A stretch of DNA of 64,000 nucleotides from Octopus bimaculoides. Lineage: Eukaryota. Below are positions 35,873 to 49,410 of this stretch, piece by piece. Location of the stretch: the NCBI RefSeq assembly GCF_001194135.2, contig NC_069001.1:27468409-27532408 (forward strand). The letters are read 5' to 3'. The notes under the pieces are model-generated. The model saw nothing but the letters and a program-made list of their open reading frames with translations, was not told the origin of the DNA and did not search any database. Within the stretch, counting starts at the first letter, position 1. Each line of letters opens with the position of its first letter. The position numbers were made by a program, and so were the translations under genes.

Positions 35873-36169
35873 TTACGGCCGTTTACTTTAGTCATCTACT
35901 TTTCAACATATTTCCTGGAAGGGAGAAATTCCATCTTCACCGACACATTCTTTTTTCATGTGAAACTCGAAAATGTTGATCGAGAGGAAAGTGTAAGTCT
36001 TCTTCCCTTTCAATTTGGTCCACCATGATAAGCACTGCCTGCCCTTCCCAGCCAACAAAGGGCAGCGGGATACACTGCACGGTGGCATTTAGAAATAGAA
36101 AATAACAATATTGGCATGATGACACAACAATGAATTTATCAGTGTATTATTAATTCTATAGACTCCACT

Positions 36170-36298
36170 GCTGCCGGCTTTGCCTGTCATAATTCCGGGG
36201 TCGATAAATTACGTACCAGTTAAGCACATGGATCGATGATACCGACCTCCATCTTCCACGAAAATTGCTGACCTTGTGCTAAAATTTGAAACCATTAT
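36170..36298 (+). mobile_element. SINE family A 3' part (cluster copy 4)
   Basis: ctttgcctgtcat...ggggtcgataaattacgtaccagtt...aaaatttgaaaccattatt. Confidence 0.8.
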
Positions 36299-37155
36299 TC
36301 TGTCCAATAAATAATATTTTTTTGCTCTATGCTTGAATCATATGAACTGCATTGCTTAAAGAAACAGATAAAACTAATACAAATAAGGTAATAATATATG
36401 TGTAACTCAACATACAGCCAACCTCATCAAAAACCAAATTAGAAATATATCTAGGTATCAAAAATAGTTATAAGATAATAAATGTATTAGGAATCAATAA
36501 GTAAAGGAATAAATATTCATAATCATGGGGAAAGCTAGAGATAGAAATAGATAAATAGATAGATAGATAGATATAGATAGAGAGAGAAAGAGAGAGAGAG
36601 TGAAAAGCAAACGTAATCGATATTTATGCATTTATTCTTTGGGACATGTTTGTCCATTTTGTAGAGAGATATTATGTCGGTTACTAGTCTTAAGACATGC
36701 TGCCCAACATAAATGTAATTATACATTCGCATCCACAAAAGATACGAGACGTATTAAATATCTTTCTATTTCCAGCATTGTCTTTTGTGTTTATTTACAT
36801 TTTCTGTGTATGTATCATGAATGTTTTTTGCCGAGAAGTGTCTTTTTTTTTCATTTTCATTACTTTCATTCTTACATATTTTTTCCTCTAATACTTTTTA
36901 CCGAAACCATCAACATCAAGCCTCCACTTCGTCGTCACAATCTCAATAAGCTTTCTTCCCGTTTTCCTTTTCGTTCTTTCTTTTATGACTTCTTTCTTGT
37001 TTCCTCCCCATCGTCCCGCCTTCTCCCCCTCTTCTTCTACTTCTTCTTCTTCTTCTTTTTCGTCTTCCATTTCTTCCACTTCTTGTAACCTGTCTCCTGT
37101 ACTTTGATCTGCTGCTCTTGTTTGTATAACAAGTATATTATAGATTATTATTATT

Positions 37156-37892
37156 GAACTGGCAGAATCGTTAGCATGCCGGACAAAATGTTTAGCGGCA
37201 TCTTGCCTCTTCTTACGTTCTGGGTTCAAATTCCGCCGAGGTCGACTTTGCTTTCATCCTTTCGGTATCAATAAAATAAGTACCAGTTGAGCACTGGTGA
37301 CGATGCAATCGACTTCTCCGCCCCCACCCGAAATTGCTGCTCTTGTTCCGAAATTTGAAACGCTTATTATTATCATCATTGTTAAGGCGGCGAGCTGCCA
37401 GAATCGTTCGCTCACCGGGCAAAATGCTTAGCGGTATTTCGTCTGTCTTTACGTTCTGAGTCCGAATTCCCCCCAGGACGACTTTTTCTTTCATTTCCTC
37501 CGTCTGTACATTCCGAGTTCATATTCCGCTGCGGTCGACTTTGGTTTATATATTTCTGATTCGATAACACAAGTATCGATTGAACACTGAAGACGATCTA
37601 ATCGACTAAGCCCCTCATCAAATTTTTCAGGCCTTGTGCTTATAGTAGAAAGATTTATCCTTATTCATGCTGGTAAGCGGTGAGCTGGTAGAATCGTTAG
37701 CACGCTGGACGAAATCCTTAGTGGTATTACGCCCGTGGTTACGTTCTGAGTTCGAATTCCGCCGAGATCGACTTTGATTTTCATCTTTTCGGGGTCAATA
37801 AATTAAGTATCAGTCAATTACTGGGGTCGATGTGATCGACGGTCCCCTTCACCTCCAATTCCAAGCCTTATGACTATAATAGAAAGGATTTT
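37156..37892 (+). mobile_element. Three head-to-tail SINE family A copies (37156-37370, 37386-37658, 37677-37892)
   Basis: Three heads (ctggcagaatcgttagc variants); the middle copy has an internal duplication of the B-box/core segment. Confidence 0.9.
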
Positions 37893-39558
37893 CATTCATA
37901 CCGTTGTGAAGTATTGCTATTAATGCATTTCTATACATTTATCTTTTGGTGTACATGTATCGATGGGGTTAGAATTTTCCCATCAATTTTCGCATTCTTT
38001 TATATTTAATTCAACACAATTTCTTAGTACGAAGTATCATCATGGGGTCATAACTAATCTCATCATCAGTAATATCATATAATTTGGCAATGATTTTCTC
38101 TCACAAGAATATTCAGATTCTGGAAAAATGTGAAAACAGAAACACAAATTGAAGAAGTAGCAAACAAAAAATAATTACTATTGAATTAAGAGACGTTAAT
38201 CACAAGAACACTTTGGAAAATAGATGGAATAATTGAAAATTCTAGAATATAATTACAGTTTCGCTATTTTGTGCAGTATAAGCGATATATAAATTGTAAC
38301 CCAGCATACAGAAAAATACGATAGAAGATGGGAGAAGTATATCACAAAAGTTTCTGCCTCCTTGCCTTGTATTTTTAAAGAAGAAACGAAAACCAAATAG
38401 ATATGTAGAGAGTTTAAAAATGCATTCAAACGTGCAGTTAAATGAAGCTCTGAGAGCCGTGTGAAATAATATATGGTTATTATCAACGAGAGGAACCATA
38501 TGAGAATGAGACATCGTTAGTGTAAGAGACATCGTTAGTGACCTTCCTCAATTTTGAAGCTTGCATTATTTGCTGAGTTGACACGGAAAAACGTATGTAA
38601 TCGCTGAGAGTTTTGATGGCCAGTGACGACCACGATAACCACGGAATATTTCCGAGGTTACAACATTCTGAACGAAGAGAGTTAGACCCGACGGTAAATG
38701 TCAAGTTTAAAGTCAGAACCTAGATATTATAAATGTGATCATTACGAGCTGTAGCAGATGCAACAGTAATGCCATATTAGATAAGTTGCTTTTAGTAGAG
38801 AAATTAATACTGGTTACAGTATCAGTTACTGATCCTAGATGTTGACAATCAAGATTTCTCTCACGCAGCAACCACCAACAGTATTTATAGCATACATATA
38901 CATATACGCGCACAGACACAGACACACACACACACGCATATATGTATAACTCAACACCAAAGCTTTTAGTAGCCAATGTAGTTATATTCCTACTACATTC
39001 GATTTTGACTACATGGCGTCGTAGAAAACACGATTCTTATTCGATTTTAAGAACACACCATTCCAATTTCACCTGCAATAGAAATTTTCATTCGTCATAA
39101 TTTTAGATTTAATCATATGAACAAGATGTTGATGTCTGTTATATTTGTTTATTGCATTCGACATTCTTTCTCAAATCTGATTGCAAATGTGTTCTGGCAT
39201 TAAGAAAAAGTTATTATTACGTCCTGAAAATATATTTAATCCTCGAATCTTGACTAAAACTTTACCAGATTCTAAAAATGGGCATTGATAAAAATGATAA
39301 AATTTCTCTTTATAAATCAATAATGTAGTTACATGTCTGATCTCAGCTTATCTGAAAGGATTATAGTCGAAAACATTCCTTCGCAAATTACAATGCTTTA
39401 ATTTTCGATAATATCTAGATATAAAATAGACATGTAGAGACAGACAGAAAGAGACACTTTCTGAATGAAGTAGAGAAACAAAAATAAACACAGACAATAC
39501 ATCAGTGGGTAGGATATATAACGATAAGAAGTTTTAATTTACATGTATGTATGGATGC

Positions 39559-39590
<32 letters not shown>

Positions 39591-39599
39591 TGCAAGACA

Positions 39600-40272
39600 T
39601 TAAAGTGTTGTGCATCAAATCATCCGTTACGTGTCGTATGTGATGTGGAGTGATCAACTTATGTCGGCTGCGACAAGAGAGACTCGTTCAAGTTAAAAAA
39701 GCCTAATAACTGAAATGACTTTCTTTCTTCTTTTCTCCGATGAGAAAAACTTCCATCGGGACCAGAATGTACACCGAATGAAGAAGTGATTCTGCAGAGA
39801 TCCGAATGTATATTAAGTTCTCGGCGACTGTGATTGTTCTGGGGGTGGTCAGCTACGAGATCGGTGCCATGCTTCTTCAACTGTTTTCACATGACGTAAG
39901 ACGCTGTCTACACAGGAGTGTTGCTGAAAGTTGCATTGCCTTAGAAAGATAAGTGTACGCAACGGATGAAAAGTTGCGCTATCTCCTAAAGCTAGAACAA
40001 CCCATGCGTGGATGCGTTCCTATCTCCATGATTACATTTTCCTGACACATGCCCCGCCCACCTAGCTCACAAAACCTCAACCCACTAGGCTATTATATAT
40101 GGTTCGTAATCGAGAGCGAGGCAAGTCGGTGAATATCCTCATAATACCATACAATTTCTCAAGTAGGCCATAACCCGCACTATGTTAAAATTGATAAAGA
40201 TCATCTGATTCGGTCATGTCTGATCCCTTACTGAAGCAACCGTTGCTGCTAAAAACGGAATTATTAGATAAG
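39600..40272 (+). mobile_element. Tc1/mariner DD37D (maT-like) transposase pseudogene fragment
   Basis: FFFSDEKNF (about 39733), KFSATVIVLGVVSYE, PPSSQNLNPLGYYIW.VIESE, HNTIQFLK*AI and a terminal VAAKNG. These match the maT-type FSDEK.F / KFPA.VMVLGVVS / WPP.SPDLNPLDY motifs. Frameshifted. Confidence 0.75.
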
Positions 40273-41889
40273 TATGATAAAAGAATTCTTTGGATTATTT
40301 GTACCAATTTGTTTTCAAATTTCACTTTCATTTTATGAGCTATGCTTCTTTTTATTAATTCATACAAAGGACCTCAAAAACCTGTTGCACTATGTATATA
40401 CTACTGACAGCTTCAGTGATTAGAAATTAATGATTGCAATTCCCATTTACATATTCACAGCAATATTTGCTATTGAATATGTTCAGTATATACTAACACA
40501 AATGTTCAGTATATACTAACACATATACATATATTTGTGCGAGTGTAAATGTAATTCGGTGGTGTGTTTCTAGAGGTCTCACGTTTAAACGATCTTAAAA
40601 TTGATATGCCACATGTATTCCATGGAGAGGAACAGGTTATACGTCACGGTTTATTTATTGATGTTTGTTATTTCCTGTTCTCCTATTTATGTGATTTATT
40701 TCATGGAGTGGCATTCCTAATCAGACGCTACTGGTAAATATGAATTGTTACTTGCAACAGTAGACGTTTTAAGCAATATAGAAAATTTCCCTATTCAGTA
40801 TAGCTCTTAATCGTACCTACCCATGAATAATTTGTTTGTTTGTGCGAGTATAAGTGGTAGGGAGCATGTGTTTTTTTTTATAGCAATCATGTTATGTAAC
40901 TTTGGTTTCTTCTTGATTCTGCATATTATGAAAAATTTCACAGGTGATTGCGTCATCAACAAAACCAGTTATATTTGGTTTGTTTTCGTCTTACGAAATA
41001 CGTTGAATATGTCAGACCCCATTCTTTCCCTCTACAGAGAAGCGTCAATCGCTTTGCCAAATAGCTTTCTTTTCTATATAACAACCGAACAGATATTTGT
41101 GTTTGATTTTATCAACGACCGACTATTTCAACTAGTTTTATAAATACTTCGGTAGAAAAGCTATTAATGCATTTCTCATTCAAAAAATAGAAATAAAGGA
41201 AGAAAATCCACAAAGACAAAACAGAAACAAAAAAATCCTTCCTATAATCCTTTTGATCATTAACAATTTTGAAATAAATGAAGCTACGGGAAACAATACC
41301 AACGAGGTAGTATTTTTGCCGATGCAGAAAATCTACATAGTTGAAAGAAAATCGTGCAGAAAACATTAAATTCATCACTGATGAATATCAATATTGCGAG
41401 ATACCGGATTATATTTCGTCTTTTTAAGATGTTCTCTTTTCTTCAATTTAAAAATAATGTGCTATGCTTTTATACTAATATTTTGTGATTCTAGTTTAAA
41501 AACTAAACAGCACCATTGATATTATTTTATATATATTTTCAAAACATGATATATATAAAAATCTTTTTGTTTCTTAATATATATATTTTTATTGTCAGTG
41601 AAATGAGATTATTTGCTTCTCGAATGCAAATAAAAAAATACTTGAAACAGCATTTAGCGTTGTAATTTACTCTACGCATAAAAAATATATCACGATGAAT
41701 TTACGATGATATATTCAAAAGAAGCATGACTATGCCGATCCTCTATTGATCTTTTGACGTAATTATCTTCCAATAAAACAACTATCTGCTGTAAATTCAC
41801 GTAGGATAGGTACGGTTATGAAATTACTCATGACGAATTTCATGCGACAAATTAATCAAAGGTATTCACATGCACCATACTTCAAAAGA

Positions 41890-42200
41890 TGTGTGTTGGG
41901 TGTGATCTTGTCATCCTTCTCCAAATGTATGAGTCGATATCCCATCAGGCAGTGAAGCAGCTTTGTAGGTGCTTAGGCCTCTTCCACTGCGACAACAAAG
42001 ATGCGCAGGATCACCCACCGATGTAAGTGACAAATCACGCACGCAAAAGAAACACTTTTGTGGTGTCAGAGACTGCGACATTGTACCAGAAAATCTTCCC
42101 ATGTTCAATGCTTGTTCTTTCCGAACCTGCCATCATCTCTTTTGAGTTGGATGTAATGTCTTGCTTTCTCTACAGCTTTCGACAACCTTCTGTCAACCTT
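41890..42200 (-). mobile_element. Possible decayed RTE-type LINE 3' end with a zinc-finger remnant
   Basis: Minus-strand KARHYIQLKR...SFACVIC... and LCCRSGRGLSTYKAA loosely fit the RTE terminal C..C...S..GL.SH finger. Confidence 0.4.
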
Positions 42201-42214
42201 TCGTCCGTCCTTCA

Positions 42215-42388
42215 CGACGCGTTGTGTTCTTGAGCAAAACACTTCATTTCACGTTGCTCCAGTCCACTCAGCTGGCAAAAATGAGTAATTCTGCGATGGA
42301 CTGGCGTCCCGTCAGGCTGGGGAACACGTATGCCATTGGAACCGGGAAAGCGAGCCTATGAGCCTGGCTAGGCTTCAAAAGGGCGCAT
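42215..42388 (+). mobile_element. SINE family B, 5'-truncated
   Basis: gcgttgtgttcttgagcaaaacacttcatttcacgttgctccagtccactcagctggcaaaaatgagta...gggcgcat. Confidence 0.9.
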
Positions 42389-42744
42389 TTAGTATTATTT
42401 TATTTATAATTTATTTTTCCTGTCTAACCTCTTTCTTTCTGTCTCTTTCCGTTGATTGTTTTCAACCATCAACATCACCACTTTTAAATAATAAGGTTTT
42501 TTAAGTTCCTGAGACAGAGGCTTGCCCATTTTCTTGGACACCTTGTGTCTACAATTCAGAGTCCAAAGACGAACATACCAACAACCCATGTGGTGAATGG
42601 TTTTGTAGGCAGTTAATTCACCTTATATAGCAAAATAATAGACTGGCCAAGTTTGTTTGTTATGGTAGAACACATATGTTACTTTTGATTGTTTTGGATT
42701 GTATACATCAATGACAAACTACCTAATAACACAGTATACTACCT

Positions 42745-42960
42745 GGTGGATGTAGACTTTTGCAAATACATTTTTATAAGTTATATGATTTTAAGAATCA
42801 ATGTGAAATTTTTAAAATGTAATTTTTATATCAAAGGAAAGTGTGATGCATCTGCTTATTATTGAACAATCATTGGAATTGAAAAATGTGTTGTTCCCTG
42901 TTAAATTGTACAAAATATATAAATTTTCAAAGGGGGTGTAGACTTTTGCAAGGCACTGTA
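42745..42960. mobile_element. Tc1-like transposon terminus with IR/DR architecture
   Basis: Ends ...gcaaggcactgTA (reverse complement TAcagtgccttgcaaaag, a Tc1-type TIR start). Direct repeat tgtagacttttgcaa at 42751-42765 and 42937-42951. Confidence 0.7.
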
Positions 42961-43740
42961 TGATGATGGTGATGAGAAGGGAGTAAGAAGGGAAGAAGAA
43001 GGATATAAAAGATATGGTGGTGTTAGTGGTGGTGGTCTTGTTGTTGTTGCTGTTGCTGTTGGTGGTAGTGGTGGTGGTAGTAGTGGTGAGTGTTTAGATA
43101 TGACGGTTGTGCTGACGGTGTAATAATGACAATGTTTCCGGAGTAATGATGGCGATGATGATAATGATGATGATGGTGAAGGTGATGAGGATGATGATCA
43201 TAATAACGACCATGGTGACGATGATGACGATACTGATGATGTTGATGATGATGATGATGATAATGATGATGAGGAGGAGGAGGAAGAGGAGAATGAGTAG
43301 GATGATGATGATGATGACGTAGGCAATGACGAGGACAACGGCAATGATGATGATGATGAGGAGGAGGAGGAGGAAGAGGAGAATGAGTAGGATGATGATA
43401 CTGATGATGATGATGATGATGATGAAGATGACGTAGGCAATGACGAGGACAACGACAATAATGATGATGATGATGATGATGATCAGGATGAGGAGGAGGA
43501 GGAGGTGGAGAATGAGTAGGATGATGATGATAATGATGATACTGATGATGATGATGAAGAAGAAGATGACGTAGGCAGTGACGAGGACAACGACAATAAT
43601 AATGATGGTGATAATGATGATCAGGATGATGAGGAGGAGGAGAATGAGTAGGAGGATGATGATGTGAATGATGACGATGAGGAGGCGTAGGATAGGAGGG
43701 TAACGACCACGCCGATGCTGACGCTGATAAGAATGATGTC
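42961..43740. repeat. Compound trinucleotide (GAT/GAG/GGT) array with higher-order units
   Basis: Marker gagaatgagtag at 43289, 43379, 43508 and 43640; gacgtaggca.tgacgaggacaac three times. Confidence 0.95.
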
Positions 43741-44009
43741 GTCGATATTCACTGCGGTTGAATAATAAAATTGAAATGCAAATTAAAATGAGTTTTGTGA
43801 ATTTTTCATGAATTTCAAATAGATTTATAACGAATGTATATTTAAATGTATATTATAACACGGAAATGTAAATATCATTAAGCAATATGATATGTGGATG
43901 ATAAATAATGCGAGATGAATGTCTTACGTTACCTAAAGTGTATATGAATCTATAATAGTGCTATGAACATACTTGTTTATACTCATATGTATACACATCC
44001 ATCCATTCA

Positions 44010-44075
44010 CACACACACACACACACACGCGCGCAGATATATATATAAATATATCACTATACATACATGCATTTA

Positions 44076-44123
<48 letters not shown>

Positions 44124-44635
44124 NNNNNNNNNNNNNNNNNNNNNNNNNNNNNNNNNNNNNNNNNNNNNNNNNNNNNNNNNNNNNNNNNNNNNNNNNNNNN
44201 NNNNNNNNNNNNNNNNNNNNNNNNNNNNNNNNNNNNNNNNNNNNNNNNNNNNNNNNNNNNNNNNNNNNNNNNNNNNNNNNNNNNNNNNNNNNNNNNNNNN
44301 NNNNNNNNNNNNNNNNNNNNNNNNNNNNNNNNNNNNNNNNNNNNNNNNNNNNNNNNNNNNNNNNNNNNNNNNNNNNNNNNNNNNNNNNNNNNNNNNNNNN
44401 NNNNNNNNNNNNNNNNNNNNNNNNNNNNNNNNNNNNNNNNNNNNNNNNNNNNNNNNNNNNNNNNNNNNNNNNNNNNNNNNNNNNNNNNNNNNNNNNNNNN
44501 NNNNNNNNNNNNNNNNNNNNNNNNNNNNNNNNNNNNNNNNNNNNNNNNNNNNNNNNNNNNNNNNNNNNNNNNNNNNNNNNNNNNNNNNNNNNNNNNNNNN
44601 NNNNNNNNNNNNNNNNNNNNNNNNNNNNNNNNNNN

Positions 44636-44703
<68 letters not shown>

Positions 44704-44830
44704 TGTATATGCCTGCAGTGCTCATGCAGGTCATATCCAATATCTCACTCTTTCTCTTGCTCTCTCACTCTCTTTCTTTCCCTCTCCCTCCCTCTCCTTT
44801 TAAACACCCTCTCTTTCTCTCTTTCACTCA
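44010..44830. repeat. (CA)/(TA)/(TG)/(CT) microsatellites around an assembly gap (N 44124-44635)
   Basis: Direct reading. Confidence 0.95.
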
Positions 44831-45039
44831 CTCCTATGACATCTATTCTGTGTGTTTTGGAAGAACAAAAATATTTATTTCCAGAGATAGTTAGCTTAAA
44901 TTTATGATCTCGTATGGACTATAATGCAACGTTAGCAGACAACATATTTGAATAAACACATGAAAGAGTACAGGAATAAATATAAAAAATGTGTGTGACG
45001 TCTCTATGAACATTTACACACGCATTCATGCATTTATAT

Positions 45040-45082
45040 GGATATATATATGAATATATTTATATATGTATATGCATACAAT

Positions 45083-45114
<32 letters not shown>

Positions 45115-45166
45115 GTATGTATATATATATATATATACATATACATACATACACGCATCTACATAC

Positions 45167-45219
<53 letters not shown>

Positions 45220-45247
45220 CATACATACATACATACATACAAGCATC

Positions 45248-45320
<73 letters not shown>
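45040..45320. repeat. Compound (TA)n/(TACA)n/(CA)n microsatellite
   Basis: Direct reading; accounts for the YI/HT-rich ORFs. Confidence 0.95.
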
Positions 45321-45321
<1 letters not shown>

Positions 45322-47731
45322 TATGAAAATGAGGAAATTTATTCAAATCCCAATTAATCTCCGGTAGTAACCGAAAAGAAGAAACACAGAAACAGCATAG
45401 AAATTTACAATATAGACTATATTGAGCGAACGACATTAATTTGACATTAAGCTATACGGAGAACAAAACAAGAAGGAAAAAATAGCGTCATGAAGCTAGA
45501 ATATTAACTGTTATTGAAAATAGATCAGAAATTTGCCACAAAATCCTTTATTTTTATGTTTCCATTAGGCTTAATATAAAACGTATTTATAGGGTGAATT
45601 TCATTGGGTAGAAGGCAAAAGTGGGCTTTAATATTCATTTAAAACACATAGATTAATATCAGTAGGTGTTTTTTTCTTACTTTCCTTCTAACTATAGTTG
45701 GAAGTATCAATAAGATTATTGAAACTGTTGGATTCAATGATATTCTATCACACGCGGGAAAATGAAATGTAATCTTTAGAATGCGATTGCTTCTATAATA
45801 CATTTCAAGCCAATTGCTTATATACCTAAGAGAAATTATTACAGAATAAGCATTTAATTTACATGAATATATCTGACGATATGTGAAAACCAATTGCTAT
45901 TCGAAAAACGTGTTAATGCACAAGAATGCATATACCTCTTCACACATGTGTATATGGATATACGTTACTGTATCGAATAGGAGGGAAATTACTCAGTGCA
46001 AGTATAAGAGTATAGTAAATATTTATTGATACAAATATGCGTATTCCTCTTATGTTGTGCAGTAATTCTGTTCGAAGTCAGACGGATACAATGGTGAGAA
46101 AAAAATGTTTTTAATGTGTCATTTCTTTCAAATGTGACGGCCTTTTATACGGAACCTCACAGGAATTCGAGACGGTTCATTCAAATGTATATACGTCCAT
46201 TCACACACATACGCACCAGAAACACACACATACACACATACGCATATATATATACACAAATATAGGCGTGTGTTTGAGAGCGTGTGTGTGTGTGTCTGTA
46301 TGTGTGTGAATGGATATTAATCGTTTTCCATTTAGTTCGTAACACACTTGACGTGAACTACTGTGTTGATCCATTTTGTTGTACCTGGAAAGGGTCATAA
46401 CTCCAATAATAAACACACACACTGGTTGGAATTCACTTCTTAATTATTATTCATCAAAGTATAACTATCTAACCAGTTAAGTAATCGATCGACTGATTAA
46501 TCATTCGGTTAATTAATCAATCTACTGTGCTTTTCAAATTTATGTTGTTGCCAGTGGTGACGGTTCCATGAAGATATGTGATTAGAGAATTCATACTGAA
46601 AAGAGTTTGACAAACACAACTGATTGATTGATTAACTGAATGTTTAATATGTTTAACTATTAATTATTTGGTTAAATAACTAAGTAATCGAACAATAAAG
46701 AAGTGTAAATGTCCTTATCTCATATCAGTATGACATTGTTATAATTTCCTTGCTCATGTTTCACAACTACACTTTATCCGCCATCGGGCCAAAGTATCCA
46801 CTTGTGAAACGTTCTGTGATATGAAATAACTCTCGTCAAGAAAACACAGTGACTACCCAGAGTTAGAAATCCATACACTGCCTCTAATATGCTCAAACAC
46901 ACATGACGGATAGCTACTTATCGATATAGTCAAAGAAATTTCATTGACACCAGCAAATTATTAGGATAAAGTAGACGATATATTTTTTTTTATGATGTAT
47001 AATTGTGTTCATTGCAGTTCATTTTTATGCGTTACAAATCTGAGCGAGATATCCACTGGTTATATATCGAATTGATAATGCCGATATCAGTAGAATATTT
47101 AACCGTGTAACTATCACACACACATGCACACGCACAAACACAAACACACACACACACACACACACGCGCGCGCGCGTAAACATAACTCAATATCAGGGTT
47201 TCGACTAAATTATCGGATGGTGGTACACATCGCTCGTCACAATTCACTTCGCATCGTTTTATCTTTCGAATGATTGATACCGTCTCCCCCGCTGGGCCAA
47301 TATTACCCCTGTTCGGGGTAATATGTATGTTCAATTTAGACGACAATTTATTTATTGCAACCTGTATATATTTGTCTGTGTATATATATATATATATATA
47401 TATAATCGAACACACATACACAATACATGTAATTTGCTTGTTCGCTGCAACTTAACTGGGAGGAGATGACTGTCTCAAAGCGCCGGGTGTTTTAAGAAAG
47501 TGAAAATCATAGCTATAAATAGGTGAGACAACTCGCCTATCATCGCTCCCGTTCAGGAGCGATGGACATCGATGAGTTGTCCTTTTGAGGCTTCTTATCA
47601 TCCCGTACCAGAAACATACTGGATGCAGACACTGAATATCTTGTCCATGACTATATGCAAAATGGTGAAAAATGCATCTATTGGTATGCTCGAACAATGC
47701 CTACGGAAAGATATAATATTCGTGTGTGTGT

Positions 47732-47766
<35 letters not shown>

Positions 47767-49032
47767 ATTAATAAATTCCAAAAAGGGATAAAAATCTTTT
47801 ACAAGAATTTTATCAGGAAGTCAGTGTGTAAAAAAAATTCATACGGGAAATTTCTATTCCCAAGAATATAATTATTCGTTTATATTTATATAAGGGCATT
47901 ACTACAGAATAATGCCACACACTAGACTTCCCAAATAAACACATTTTAGTACCGAATGCAAGGAAAACAACCAACAGAAGAAACCAAGTATTTATTTACC
48001 TTTTTATTTCCTTTAAAAATCGGCACGAACTTTCCGGACAACCCAATATACATTTCCATTTGGCAGTGAAAGTGATTAATTTATGTGATTCTTGTAATTT
48101 CACCACAAATTATTGCGTTCAGGTCTTGTTGAATACTTTTTGTATAATATATAACTACTCTTCATTCACGAACGCTACCTCACCTCATATATTGCAATAG
48201 CGATACTTTTTTGTTTTCGTTTTCTGCGATAATGATTCAGGTGAGACATCCGTTCGTAAACATTAGCTTTGACAAAACCAGTGTGTGCTTCTCTGCACAG
48301 CACGTAGGAAGATGTATATAATTTTTATACTTGTTCGTGACAGTTGAGAGCGAAGAATTTATTGAAATAATTACCACTATTACCAAATTTGGACAGCGTT
48401 AACTAAATATTAGGTTTTAAAATAAGATATTGTTTGTTTCATATAAAATTATACTGTTCTTAATATTAATGTCTCTTTACATATTGATCATCAATACAGA
48501 AGCGTGTTTCCTCCACATTATGTCAGTAGGAAGATCCGGAACCGAATATTTCACATGACGTAATCTGGATTTTTGTCATAGAGAGTATGAAAAATAAATA
48601 TGTTGTAATTTAACATATTTGTATTATTTAGTTCAATTTCTATGTGAAATCTTTGTTCATTCGTCAGGTGCAAAACTTTTATTAACCAATTATTTAAGCC
48701 TCATATACTTTGATAAATATTAGTTGAGGTCTATGTTTCTGGACAACTATCTTAGCGAATAAAATATTCACTGCCTCTCTCCGACCCATATAGGATTCAC
48801 TTACGCATATATAGTTGTTAGCCACAGTGTATATACTTTCAAAAGGACCTCACCGTTCCACATTGATAATAATCGTCACGTAGATAATAATCGTTCCACA
48901 TTGATAATAATCGTTTCGGAGTACATACACGTATGCATAAATAAAAGTAAATTATGTACCTCGGGGTGTCCGCATATACGGACAAACAGGTACTGCTGCA
49001 TATATATGCAGTATGTTCTTTTACTAGAAGGT

Positions 49033-49247
49033 CGTTGTGGTCTTCAGCAAGACATTTTATTTGACGTTGTTCCAGTCAACTAACCGGCAAAAATGAGTAG
49101 CACTAAGGCTTGCTGAATCTCCCTACGAACTACATTAAACGTGACGTACCTGTAATGAGCTCAGCCACTTGCACGTTAATTTCACGAGCAGGTGGTTCCG
49201 TTAATTAGATTAGCTGGAACCCACGTCGTCGAACTGACAGAGTGCCA
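49033..49247 (+). mobile_element. Chimeric SINE: family B core plus family C tail
   Basis: 49033-49099 aligns to the family B core. 49112-49247 aligns to the family C tail (ctcagccacttgcacgttaatttcacgagcagg...agtgcca). Confidence 0.85.
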
Positions 49248-49257
49248 TTGAATTAAC

Positions 49258-49410
49258 GTGTGGTAAGAAGCTTGATTCCCAACCACATGGTTCCGGGTTC
49301 AGTCCCAATGCGTGGTACCTTGGGGAAGTGTCTTCTACTATAACCACGGGCCGACCAAAGCCTTGTGAATGGATTTGCTTGATGGAAACTGAAAGGAACA
49401 TCATTGTAGT
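49258..49410 (+). mobile_element. SINE family D, 5' part
   Basis: gtgtggtaagaagcttgattcccaaccacatggttccgggttcagtccc...gtgtcttctactata...ccgaccaaagccttgtg...ggaaactgaaag. Confidence 0.9.

Noticed and set aside
43198-43458. Poly-Ser protein ORF
   Set aside because: It is an antisense reading of the GAT/GAG array with a non-ATG start and an upstream in-frame stop; no splice support.
14942-45436. Long ORFs in the track rich in YI, HT, CV or X
   Set aside because: They are translations of TA/CA/TG microsatellites and N-gaps.
47452-47697. Hydrophobic minus-strand peptide pieces faintly like GPCR TM5/TM6
   Set aside because: Several stops, no diagnostic motif, and similarity too weak to support without a search.
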